From: a virus
Lineage: Duplodnaviria; Caudoviricetes
Strand: one strand, 5' to 3'
IMG/VR virus record: IMGVR_UViG_3300021431_004532
Span: 5,612 to 69,611 of that record
Length of the DNA stretch: 64,000 nt
Part shown: positions 17,195-26,112 of the stretch, in pieces
How the letters are laid out: each line of letters opens with the position of its first letter
Numbering within the stretch: the first letter of the stretch is position 1
Program-made: the position numbers and the translations under genes
The notes under the pieces: model-generated
The model's input: the letters and a program-made list of their open reading frames with translations, nothing else
Told to the model about the DNA's origin: nothing
The model's database searches: none

Positions 17195-18271
17195 ATGAAA
17201 GTTTCGGTAATTGGAGCAGGAAATGTCGGTGTCGCTATAGCAGCCGACTTATCTATTAGAGGTCATGAGGTCACCTTGATTAAGACCTCAGGCAAAAAAT
17301 CAGAGTCTTTTGAGAGACTGAAAATGAATGGCAACCGTGTGTATCTCAAAGAAGACGGTAAGTACACAGAGACTGTCATACACGAAGTGACACAAGAGTT
17401 GTCAAAGGTTTCTTTGGCAGATGTAGTAATTGTGACCATACAGAGTTCTTATCACGAACCGTTGTACAAGAAGATGGCTAAGTATCTAAAGAGTGAGCAG
17501 ACGGTGCTCATTATCTGCAGTTACATGTCATCTTTTTATTTGGTAAGAGAAAGTGTCAAGTGTAATGTCATGCCAGTCATTGCAGAGGCAACAGGTCCTT
17601 ACCTCGAGGGGCGTGTAGAGTTGAAAGACAAACCCAGCGAGGTTGTTTTTCGTGTCGGCTGCAGGCTGACAAGAAGCCCTTTGTCTGTTTTCCAGAAGGA
17701 GCGTGCTGACGAATGTATGGCAAAACTAAAATCGCTGTATGAGGGATTGAGCAACGATTACTCCTACATAGAGTCAGCCTTGCTTAATCCGAACCTTGTG
17801 ATACACACCGTAGGAGCAATCATGAGCATTCCACGCATAGAGTACAGCGAGGGAAACTTCTGTATGTATCGTGAGGCATATTGTCATAAGAACGAGGCAA
17901 CGATAAAAGTAATGCTCCAGTTAGATGAAGAGAAGAAGAAAGTGTTGAAACACCTAGGAGGCAGACCTATTGACATCATGGAGGCTGGCGGTTTCCTCAA
18001 AGGCATGGAGAGCTTCTATGAGTATTCAGAGTCAGAAGACAGAGCTATCAGTCCCACCTCTATTCACTCAAGGTATATCACGGAAGATGTGTCGCAAGGC
18101 TTGGTTTTACTCGAGAGCATAGCAAAAACGATAGGCATCGCTACACCTATTACTACTTCGCTGATAGACCTTGCTGGTTGTGCGTTAGGTGAAGATTTTC
18201 GCAAAGAAGGTCGTACTATTGAACGACTAAACGCTGCAAAAGTAATCGTAAATATGTTTAAGTACGAATGA
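17195..18271 (+). CDS. NAD(P)-dependent opine (octopine/nopaline) dehydrogenase family protein
   Basis: Rossmann VIGAGNVG; ALLNPNLVIHTVGAIMS and RYITEDVSQGLV motifs of the opine-DH C-terminal domain. Confidence 0.85.
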   Translation: MKVSVIGAGNVGVAIAADLSIRGHEVTLIKTSGKKSESFERLKMNGNRVYLKEDGKYTETVIHEVTQELSKVSLADVVIVTIQSSYHEPLYKKMAKYLKSEQTVLIICSYMSSFYLVRESVKCNVMPVIAEATGPYLEGRVELKDKPSEVVFRVGCRLTRSPLSVFQKERADECMAKLKSLYEGLSNDYSYIESALLNPNLVIHTVGAIMSIPRIEYSEGNFCMYREAYCHKNEATIKVMLQLDEEKKKVLKHLGGRPIDIMEAGGFLKGMESFYEYSESEDRAISPTSIHSRYITEDVSQGLVLLESIAKTIGIATPITTSLIDLAGCALGEDFRKEGRTIERLNAAKVIVNMFKYE

Positions 18272-20343
18272 ATATAGGAGAAGACTTAAAAAGCAGGACC
18301 TTTGGCATAGAGATTGAAATGTGCAATCTTGACAGGCAGTTGGTAAAGTTGCCTGATGGTTTCTCCTGGAGTAAAGATGAGGAAATCGTAAACACTGACG
18401 GGTCATGTAACAAACGATTTGGTGGAGAGGTTAATACCCCTCCACTCTGTGTTTACAGTATGAATGATCTGCACAACCTGAAAGCGTGTTATGAATCTAT
18501 GAAGGAGGCAGGAGGCGTGATAAAATGGACTACCTATACTCACGTCCATATCTATGCAGGTGATTTGTCAGTAGAGCAGATAAAAAAGGTGTGGCTGTTC
18601 TTCTATATCTGCTATCCTTGGTGGAAGAGATACACGAAGCTTTCCGATTGGGATGAGAAGGTGTTCAACTGCCAGCCTTTGCCGACAGAGAAATACTATA
18701 ATGGTCTGATTGAGGCTGAGACCTATGAGGACATCAACAAACTGTTCACGAACCAGTCAAAGAAAGGATTTATAAGACATGCCTGCAATATCTCTGCGTA
18801 CTTCAAGACGAAGACGATAGAGTTCAGGACATATCATGGCACGAGCGATTTCAGGGAGGCGATGAACTGTGTCCTTTCGTCGTATCGATTGTTCTACTAT
18901 GCAATAAATCATGATTTAGAAGACTTCAAATCAATTTCCTCCTATGAGCAATTTTTGCATGTTACAAAGCTCAAATACGAGTGTCCTAGAGAGTTAATTC
19001 CCCTCCTTTATCAAGGAAACCCCTATAGTGCGATAGAGACGTTCCAGACCAAATCTCTGCCGTATAATTCGAAGCAGGCATCAGCCTTATGGGAGGCTAT
19101 CAAGAATCACGGGCATAAGGAGTTGTGTATTGTTAATGGCTTTATGTACTACTATGAGTTATTCTTCATGGAGAAGGTGAAGTTGACGATTTATGCTCAA
19201 GACGCTTATTGTCATTTACTATGGATGATTGCCAATGGTAAGGTAACTCTCAAGTATAAAGAGAAACTGTCATGGTTGGAGGATTATAACAATGACACTC
19301 CTGCAAGACAACTGGCACTGGCACTCTATGCAGAGAAATTGCAGAAATTCTCCATGAGCGAATCAGACAGAAATGATGCTGTCCTGGAGTCTGTCAAGAT
19401 ACGTGCAAGAGAGTCTATCGAGAAGACGGAGAAAGGCAGTGAGCGCCTTTTGAAACTGCTGACTACTTGCGAATATCACGTGGGAACCCTGCAAGATGCC
19501 ATACCAAAAGAGAAAGTGATATTCTTCAATTATGGCAAGGATAAGACACAGAAACGCACGTTCAAACTGATAGTTGAGAACAGCGATTTGGAAATGGAGT
19601 TCAACGTGAAACGTAATGATTACTATGAAGTAATCGAGACGCTTCCGAAAGACTCTTTCTTCTACTATTTCAGCAATAGCCCGTATTTGAGTAATATGCA
19701 CAAATTGGCTATGTGGAATTCCTCAAAGGGAGAACGTTGGTCCGCAGGCAGGTTCCTTTATTGCAATAAGCCTAGCAACAGTAATCAGGTCAGCACGTCA
19801 TATAAATCTAGTCACGTCGAGGTCAATGAAATTGTTCCTCCAGACGAACTGGTTATTGACAATGCAAACAGTCTTAAGATAGCAAGGGTTGACTCTGATG
19901 TATTATATGCCTTGCAGAAGAAGTATATTCGAAAGGTTGATATGGTCAGTCACTGCACCTATGCGTTTGTTGTGATGTATGAGAAGTACACACTGGGAGG
20001 GTTCGGTTTCACGCTACCTCAGCACAAAGGTTATGACCTATTCCAGTTGACTGATTTCTGCACGAATAACAATGTGCCGAGACTCGCTAAGTTTATCCTG
20101 CTTTGCATTCAGACTGCAGAAGTACAGAAGGTGTTAAGTAGGCGTATGCACAAGTTATGTGAGAAGGTGATTTCCTGCGCCTATACACACAAGCCAGTCT
20201 CCATGAAGTATCGTGGTGTCTATACGAAAGTGAAGGAACACTGCACATCATCATATCTGGCTTATGAAGGTCAGTTAGGCAAATATGCTAGCAACAAAGA
20301 AGTAATAGAGAAATATCAAAAAATGTTGAAGAATGGAAATTGA
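18268..20343 (+). CDS. Fusion: amidoligase (COOH-NH2 ligase type 2) + degenerate MTase-like region + C-terminal GNAT/Mom-like domain
   Basis: RTFGIEIE, GEVNTPPL, THVHI, KTIEFRTYHGT in the N-terminal ~220 aa; C-terminal GGFGF...LTDF...PRLAKFIL...THKPVSMKYRGVY recalled from phage GNAT-like proteins. Confidence 0.7.
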   Translation: MNIGEDLKSRTFGIEIEMCNLDRQLVKLPDGFSWSKDEEIVNTDGSCNKRFGGEVNTPPLCVYSMNDLHNLKACYESMKEAGGVIKWTTYTHVHIYAGDLSVEQIKKVWLFFYICYPWWKRYTKLSDWDEKVFNCQPLPTEKYYNGLIEAETYEDINKLFTNQSKKGFIRHACNISAYFKTKTIEFRTYHGTSDFREAMNCVLSSYRLFYYAINHDLEDFKSISSYEQFLHVTKLKYECPRELIPLLYQGNPYSAIETFQTKSLPYNSKQASALWEAIKNHGHKELCIVNGFMYYYELFFMEKVKLTIYAQDAYCHLLWMIANGKVTLKYKEKLSWLEDYNNDTPARQLALALYAEKLQKFSMSESDRNDAVLESVKIRARESIEKTEKGSERLLKLLTTCEYHVGTLQDAIPKEKVIFFNYGKDKTQKRTFKLIVENSDLEMEFNVKRNDYYEVIETLPKDSFFYYFSNSPYLSNMHKLAMWNSSKGERWSAGRFLYCNKPSNSNQVSTSYKSSHVEVNEIVPPDELVIDNANSLKIARVDSDVLYALQKKYIRKVDMVSHCTYAFVVMYEKYTLGGFGFTLPQHKGYDLFQLTDFCTNNNVPRLAKFILLCIQTAEVQKVLSRRMHKLCEKVISCAYTHKPVSMKYRGVYTKVKEHCTSSYLAYEGQLGKYASNKEVIEKYQKMLKNGN

Positions 20344-21043
20344 AGACAGATGGAAATACGAAAAGGTTGATATAGACCTCATTGATGAAGCAGAGCTTAA
20401 TGCCAACGAAATGAGTGCAGAAGACTTTGCTACTCTTTGTGAAAATATAGGTTTGTCTGGATTGAGCAGCGTGCCATGTTGCTACAAGAAAGCGAATGGT
20501 AGGTTCGGTATGATCAGCGGACATCACAGATGGAGAGCCTGCAAGAAGAACCACTTTTTGAAGATAGGCATCCTGTGGGTTGATGAAAGTGACCTCACAG
20601 AAGATGAAAAGATAGCTATCCAGTTATCTCATAACTCTCTGCATGGAGAGGACAATATGAGTATTCTGAAAATTCTGTTCGGAAAGATACAGAATATAGA
20701 TTTCAAGAAGTTTGCTCACATCAATATTGACGAAGTCGCTCCTATCAGCACTGAGGGTATTAGCGTCTATGCCTTGAAGGAGAATTTTGTGTTCACGATA
20801 GTGCTCTACCCTAACTCGTTTGAGAACTTAGACGAGTTATATGGTGACATCAGAGAGCAAGCAAAGAAATGTGATGCTCTTGTGCTTGCTGATGATACAA
20901 ACGAATTGCCTTTGCTGAAGCTACAGCAGGACATAGGCAGTCAGTTTAATATTAAGTCTCCGTCTATCACGTTTGCCAAACTTCTGGAATTAGCAAGGGA
21001 AAGACTGGATGAAATAAAGGTCAAAAAGGAGAAAAAGGAATGA
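20333..21043 (+). CDS. ParB/Srx-like N-terminal domain protein
   Basis: NANEM...ISGHHRWRA...IAIQLSHNSLHGED. Confidence 0.8.
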   Translation: MEIEDRWKYEKVDIDLIDEAELNANEMSAEDFATLCENIGLSGLSSVPCCYKKANGRFGMISGHHRWRACKKNHFLKIGILWVDESDLTEDEKIAIQLSHNSLHGEDNMSILKILFGKIQNIDFKKFAHINIDEVAPISTEGISVYALKENFVFTIVLYPNSFENLDELYGDIREQAKKCDALVLADDTNELPLLKLQQDIGSQFNIKSPSITFAKLLELARERLDEIKVKKEKKE

Positions 21044-21924
21044 TTTGGACGATAGTAAGCAAGGCAGAAATGGAGGGCTATAGCATCCCGCCAGTATTCC
21101 AGTATTACAGGGAGGTGATAGGCAGGGAGAATATCAGGCTGGCTGTAGTGGACGAGAATGACCCTCTTGATTTCGTCATGGAGAATGATATAGTTCTGCT
21201 CCGTACTGCAAGCAAGAACCTCATTGAAACGATAGAGAGAAAGGGTGTTGCTACAACTGCTGAACACTACTCTGTATATCAGCAAGCAAGTGACAAGGCA
21301 GAGTTGAGCAGGTTCCTCTTTGAGCATGGCATCAATGTGCCAATGCAGCATAAAATAGAGGACATAGAGGACGGAAGGATATACTTTGTCAAGCCACGAT
21401 TTGGCAGTGAGAGCTTCGGCATTACGGAACATAATATATGCTACAGCAAGGAAGAAGTCAGGTTTCAGGTCAAGCGTCTGCAGGTACTCGGCTATGATAG
21501 TGTTATAGAGGATTTCATCGATGGCAATGATGCGACTGTAGCCTGCTATTTCAACCCAGAGACCAAAATAGTGCATGCCCATGCTATTGCAGTTGACTGT
21601 GAGACAAAGGGAGCCATTCAGACACACGAAGGAAAGTTCGACTATAACGAATACTGCTATGCCTTGAAAGGTTCGGAATGGAAGAAAGTATGTGCAATGA
21701 GCAGGGAGGTGTTCTGGCTGCTCGGCATCAAGCACCATGCAAGGATAGACTTTCGCTTCACTAAGAATGGCAATGTGTATCTCATTGATGTGAATCTGTT
21801 GCCTGGTCTTGGACCATCAGCGCATTTCTCGAAGTGTTTGCTCTTGACGGAGAACATCTCCTATAAGGACACAATCCTGAATATTTTGAAATCATCAAGA
21901 GGACAGATATGGCAAAGAACATAG
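21040..21924 (+). CDS. ATP-grasp ligase (D-Ala-D-Ala ligase-like)
   Basis: YFVKPRFGSESFGI, IEDFIDG, ARIDFR, YLIDVNLLPGL. Confidence 0.85.
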   Translation: MIWTIVSKAEMEGYSIPPVFQYYREVIGRENIRLAVVDENDPLDFVMENDIVLLRTASKNLIETIERKGVATTAEHYSVYQQASDKAELSRFLFEHGINVPMQHKIEDIEDGRIYFVKPRFGSESFGITEHNICYSKEEVRFQVKRLQVLGYDSVIEDFIDGNDATVACYFNPETKIVHAHAIAVDCETKGAIQTHEGKFDYNEYCYALKGSEWKKVCAMSREVFWLLGIKHHARIDFRFTKNGNVYLIDVNLLPGLGPSAHFSKCLLLTENISYKDTILNILKSSRGQIWQRT

Positions 21925-22247
21925 ATATTGAAGATGTTGTTAAAATGTATGAGAAGAAAGGTTGCAATGTGACTGCAACCTGTGCTGCTCTTGGCATAAA
22001 TCGTAAGACCTTTTACGATTGGAAAGCAAAGAAGAAGAAACTTGCAGAAGCCCTGGATGATGTGGACGAGTCCATTCTTGACTGGGCAGAAAGCAAGTTA
22101 AAGGAGCATATTGATAATGATGATCTGCAGGCTTTGATATTCTTTCTCAAGACCAAAGGAAAGAAACGAGGCTACGTAGAGAAGCAGGAAATTGATGCTA
22201 ATATCAATCAGTTCGAGAAACTTATGCAAGAGACTGACGACGAATAG
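21909..22247 (+). CDS. Terminase small subunit (HTH)
   Basis: ATCAALGINRKTFYDWK HTH, LIFFLKTKGKKRGYVE; directly upstream of TerL. Confidence 0.75.
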   Translation: MAKNIDIEDVVKMYEKKGCNVTATCAALGINRKTFYDWKAKKKKLAEALDDVDESILDWAESKLKEHIDNDDLQALIFFLKTKGKKRGYVEKQEIDANINQFEKLMQETDDE

Positions 22248-22250
22248 AAC

Positions 22251-23762
22251 ATGGTTCCAGCAGACAAGAGACAGAAGAAAATGCGAGCGTGGCGCAACGA
22301 TTGGTGTTTATTCGCCAAAGAAGTGCTTCACGCTCGTCTTGATGAAGAACAAAAGGCTATCCTGCGTGCAGTTCAAAATGAACGTATGGTAGCTGTTGCT
22401 TCGGGCACTGCTCGAGGCAAGGACTTCATTGCTGCTGTTGCTTGTCTTTGTTTCATGTACCTCACTCCTCGTTGGAAAGACGGAAAGCTGATCGGCAATA
22501 CTAAGATTGCCATGACAGCGCCTACGGACAGACAGGTAAGAAATATCATGGTTCCAGAGGTAAGACGACTGTTCAAGTCTGCAGGTGTACTGCCTGGCCG
22601 ATTGGTCGGTTATGATATAAGAACGAATTACGAAGAATGGTTTTTGACAGGCTTCAAATCAAGCGCTGATAATACTGAGGCTTGGTCAGGCTTTCATGCG
22701 GTGAATACTATGTTTGTAGTTACTGAGGCATCTGGTATCTCGGAAACGATATACAATGCCATAGAGGGTAACTTGCAGGGTAATTCACGATTGCTGATAG
22801 TGTTCAACCCCAATGTCACAACTGGCTATGCAGCCAAAGCCATGAAATCTTCACGCTTCAAGAAATTCAGGCTAAACTCCCTACATGCAGAGAATGTAAT
22901 AAGCAAGAGAAACGTAATCCCTGGTCAGGTGGATTATGAGTGGGTGAAGGATAAGGTGGAGAACTGGAGTATTTCAATCAGTGAAGATGACAGGAACGAA
23001 GGAGAGGGCGATTTCAAGTGGGAAGGTCGGTGGTACAGACCTAATGACCTTTTTCGTGTCAAAGTGTTGGGAATGTTTCCTAAGGTGGCAGAAGACGTGC
23101 TGATACCATATGAATGGGTAGAGCTCGCCAATATAAGGTGGAAGGAAATGCAGGAAGAAGGATTTGAGCCAAAGAAGAAATGCCGTCTTGGTGTCGATGT
23201 CGCTGGCATGGGAAGAGACTCTTCGGTGCTTACACCTAGATACGGAAACTATGTTGGAGAGTTTGAAGTTCATAACTCTGCTGGAAAGGCAGACCACATG
23301 CACGTTGCAGGTATGACTGTGCCTTACCTCAAACAGAAAGGCGTCAAAGTTTTCATAGATACAATCGGTGAGGGTGCTGGAGTATTCTCCAGATTGCAGG
23401 AATTGAAATACAGCAATGCTTATTCTTGCAAATTCTCAGAGAGTGCAAAAGGGTTGCATGATGTCACAGATGTATATACTTTCTCTAATATGAGAGCATA
23501 CCTGTATTGGGCTGTCAGGGACTGGCTGAATCCGAAGAACGGATTTAACCCTGCATTGCCACCAAATGATTTGCTGATGCAGGAATGTACTGATATACAC
23601 TGGAAATTTCAAAGTTCAGGAGATATTATCATGGAGTCGAAAGATGAGATTAAAAAGCGATTAGGGCGGTCTCCAGACTATTTCGATTCGCTTGCCAATA
23701 CATTCTACCCAAGAAATTATGAAGAGATACAAGAGAGCGAATTGTTCAAAGATTTCTTGTAG
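22251..23762 (+). CDS. terL: Terminase large subunit
   Basis: SGTARGKD Walker A-like, VTEASG Walker B, nuclease GVDVAGMGRD, SPDYFDSL. Confidence 0.9.
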   Translation: MVPADKRQKKMRAWRNDWCLFAKEVLHARLDEEQKAILRAVQNERMVAVASGTARGKDFIAAVACLCFMYLTPRWKDGKLIGNTKIAMTAPTDRQVRNIMVPEVRRLFKSAGVLPGRLVGYDIRTNYEEWFLTGFKSSADNTEAWSGFHAVNTMFVVTEASGISETIYNAIEGNLQGNSRLLIVFNPNVTTGYAAKAMKSSRFKKFRLNSLHAENVISKRNVIPGQVDYEWVKDKVENWSISISEDDRNEGEGDFKWEGRWYRPNDLFRVKVLGMFPKVAEDVLIPYEWVELANIRWKEMQEEGFEPKKKCRLGVDVAGMGRDSSVLTPRYGNYVGEFEVHNSAGKADHMHVAGMTVPYLKQKGVKVFIDTIGEGAGVFSRLQELKYSNAYSCKFSESAKGLHDVTDVYTFSNMRAYLYWAVRDWLNPKNGFNPALPPNDLLMQECTDIHWKFQSSGDIIMESKDEIKKRLGRSPDYFDSLANTFYPRNYEEIQESELFKDFL

Positions 23763-23799
23763 TTTTTTGGTGGAATACGAAAAAATGCTTAACTTTGCA

Positions 23800-23880
23800 G
23801 TGTTTCTTAAATGACGGCTGCTTTCTGCAGTCTTCATTGCTCTTGCCAGTCAAAGCCGTGAGGCCAAGACTGGTTTTTTT
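23800..23880 (+). ncRNA. Candidate trans-acting sRNA 1 (antisense to AAGAGCAATG start sites)
   Basis: Own -7 box TAACTTTG (23790-23797); small 5' hairpin; TCTTCATTGCTCTT (23831-23844); terminator CCAGTC...GACTGG + T-run. Confidence 0.6.
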
Positions 23881-23924
23881 TGTTTGTTATGGGTAAAACT
23901 GTAAGTTTATGGGTAAAAGTGAGC

Positions 23925-24048
23925 AAAAGTTAAAACTCTGATTTTCAGTATTTTGACTATTATTTTTCTTGTATTTTTCTTGCATATTTGCAAAAAAATG
24001 ACTACCTTTACACTATAAATAAGAAACTTATAAAACAAAAGAGCAATG
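23925..24048 (+). promoter_or_regulatory. Class B promoter module copy 2
   Basis: AAAAGTTAAA 23925, TACCTTTACACTATAA 24003, AAGAGCAATG 24039. Confidence 0.75.
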
Positions 24049-24450
24049 AAGAAAGAAGTTAAGAAATTTGTGGTTTACTACAATGAAAGACAGCAGTTAA
24101 TCGGAATGCGTGAACATCACTTCGATTGGGAAGAGGGTGACACGATAACGACAGACGGAGTAAGCACTACGATTTTCGGAATCTTCGAGGGAACGAAGAA
24201 GAACCTGAGTCTGGCACATAGGATGTTCGATACCCTCAGGAAGTATCTGCCGAAGAAGAAGATGGTAAGAGTTCTCGACGAGGGCTTTGTGAAGACAGGT
24301 GATCAGATAGAGGATATGTTGAATGCGCTGGTCCATTCTCACATGGAGCTTGTCGATGTTCACAAGAAGATTTGGAAGAACTTCGATGCACAGTTAGATT
24401 TCGTAGATAGTGTTTTCGAAAAGATGAATAAGAAAGGAGGCAAGTCATGA
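24046..24450 (+). CDS. Accessory island 2 hypothetical protein
   Basis: Starts at AAGAGCAATG. Confidence 0.6.
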   Translation: MKKEVKKFVVYYNERQQLIGMREHHFDWEEGDTITTDGVSTTIFGIFEGTKKNLSLAHRMFDTLRKYLPKKKMVRVLDEGFVKTGDQIEDMLNALVHSHMELVDVHKKIWKNFDAQLDFVDSVFEKMNKKGGKS

Positions 24451-24596
24451 AGCAAGTAATCGTTGACATCATCAAGGAAGGTTGGGAGAAGAACCTGCCT
24501 GTATCAAAGGTTATCGACAATATCGTTTCTGCTACTGGTCTGTATTACAGATTTGCAGCAGAGCAGTTTACAGAATTGGTGTTTATGAGTAAGTAA
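24447..24596 (+). CDS. Small hypothetical protein (49 aa)
   Basis: Manual translation MKQVIVDII...FMSK; ATGA overlap with the previous gene. Confidence 0.45.
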   Translation: MKQVIVDIIKEGWEKNLPVSKVIDNIVSATGLYYRFAAEQFTELVFMSK

Positions 24597-24601
24597 GGAA
24601 T

Positions 24602-24844
24602 ATGAAGCACATTGGTAAGTACAAGATACCTCAGTATGCCATCTGTGCAATCGAGTATGGCGACTTCTCGGGACTTGACGAGGAAGACATCGACAATATC
24701 AACGAGTTCCTGGAGGATGAGTTTCCGAAAGGCTTTGTGGCAGACTGGCATAGCAACGAGCCTGAGGGCGAGCCGTATTTCACCAGTTGCCCAGCTTTCG
24801 GAATGGCAACAGAAGTTGTGGACGCAGATTTCTATGAGCCATGA
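24602..24844 (+). CDS. Accessory acidic small protein
   Basis: 80 aa, strongly acidic. Confidence 0.55.
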   Translation: MKHIGKYKIPQYAICAIEYGDFSGLDEEDIDNINEFLEDEFPKGFVADWHSNEPEGEPYFTSCPAFGMATEVVDADFYEP

Positions 24845-25074
24845 GTAAGACAGAGAGAGCTATATCGTTATTAAGAGAAGGTCACTTCCCTGAAGCATTG
24901 TCAGTAATTGCAAAGTTCCGTCTGGGCTTTACCAAAGATGATAAGCGTACGATAGAGATAGCCAACGAAGTGCTGAATGGTCATGGTAAGATATACAGGT
25001 CATTAGGCATAGACACTGAGGCGGTAGTCTGCAAGGCAAGGGAGATTATCAGAGAAAAGTATAATGTAAAATGA
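24841..25074 (+). CDS. Accessory hypothetical protein
   Basis: ATGA overlap. Confidence 0.5.
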   Translation: MSKTERAISLLREGHFPEALSVIAKFRLGFTKDDKRTIEIANEVLNGHGKIYRSLGIDTEAVVCKAREIIREKYNVK

Positions 25075-25077
25075 ACT

Positions 25078-25329
25078 ATGGATACTAAAGAAAAAGCAAA
25101 AAAAGTAAGAGAACTGAAAAGACTTGAGCAAAAAGTCTATAACTATGTAGCCAAACTAGACGGTTCATTGGAAGGACTTGCTATAGCCGCATCGCTTGCA
25201 TTAGGATATGAGGTTGTAGCGGATTTATGTCATGGAAATGAGATTGAGTTTCGAGTTTATGGCGATAATGATGTACCAGATACTGATTCTTGTATAAAGA
25301 TGGAGGAAGTAATAGCAAAGATAAAATAA
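25078..25329 (+). CDS. Accessory hypothetical protein
   Basis: 83-aa ORF. Confidence 0.5.
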   Translation: MDTKEKAKKVRELKRLEQKVYNYVAKLDGSLEGLAIAASLALGYEVVADLCHGNEIEFRVYGDNDVPDTDSCIKMEEVIAKIK

Positions 25330-25339
25330 AGTTATGACG

Positions 25340-25433
25340 TGATTTAGATGAGTCCCTGCATTCAGGGATTACATTGCTCTTTAATAAGATGAAGACAGTT
25401 GTGCCTGTCTGTGAAGATCGGCACAATTTTTTT
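25340..25433 (+). ncRNA. Candidate sRNA 2 / 3'-UTR element with CATTGCTCTT
   Basis: Hairpin TCCCTG/CAGGGA, then CATTGCTCTT (25372-25381), then terminator TTGTGCC/GGCACAA + T-run (25399-25433). Confidence 0.5.
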
Positions 25434-25456
25434 AGAACCTAATCAAACAAGAAGAT

Positions 25457-25714
25457 ATGAAAGAAAAAATGCAATTAGTAATCAAGGTGGGCAAGGGCTA
25501 TGAATTCCTTGCAGGTTATTGTATCAACTGGGATGAAACCCTTAGAGAAGAGTTTAAGGACGTCAATAGTAACGAATGGCGCTCAGGAGGAGAGTATGAA
25601 GTGGGTTATGATGATGACTCCATAGAATACATAAAAAAGTATGCAGAGGAAAAGCTTAGAGAGCTTGGAGTAAAAGAGTTCATCATTGATAAAGTCATTA
25701 TTGACCAGAAATAG
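25457..25714 (+). CDS. Hypothetical protein
   Basis: 85-aa ORF. Confidence 0.5.
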   Translation: MKEKMQLVIKVGKGYEFLAGYCINWDETLREEFKDVNSNEWRSGGEYEVGYDDDSIEYIKKYAEEKLRELGVKEFIIDKVIIDQK

Positions 25715-25719
25715 ATATT

Positions 25720-26001
25720 ATGGGCAAGGTTATTGAGAACACAAGCAGGAAGCTATGTATCAAAAGTGATAATGGTCTGTATATGCTAAGTGCCACCAGA
25801 AGAGCACTCTCAAACACGTACAATGGTGAAATAAGGTACTACGGCTCTATGTGGTGTATAGAGTCATACAGGAGCGAGAATGGGGTGTATCAGCCTTTCA
25901 GACTTAGAGGGCTCCCCTATAATGTTGATAGAAAGAGAGATATAATAGATTTGCTAAGTAAGTCGGTTCAGTTTAAGATTGCATACACAGAATTGAAATA
26001 G
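25720..26001 (+). CDS. Hypothetical protein
   Basis: 93-aa ORF. Confidence 0.5.
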   Translation: MGKVIENTSRKLCIKSDNGLYMLSATRRALSNTYNGEIRYYGSMWCIESYRSENGVYQPFRLRGLPYNVDRKRDIIDLLSKSVQFKIAYTELK

Positions 26002-26062
26002 ATTTCTTAAAAAAGTGTAAAAAAGTGTTTGAAACACGCATATTTTTCTCCTTTTTATGCGT

Positions 26063-26090
26063 TAGTTTCAAGCACTTTTTGTAATTTTGT
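26063..26090 (+). promoter_or_regulatory. Class A-like promoter for the portal operon
   Basis: TTTCAAGCA box followed by TAATTTTG. Confidence 0.55.
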
Positions 26091-26112
26091 AGCGTTAACA
26101 ATTTTTGAGCGC

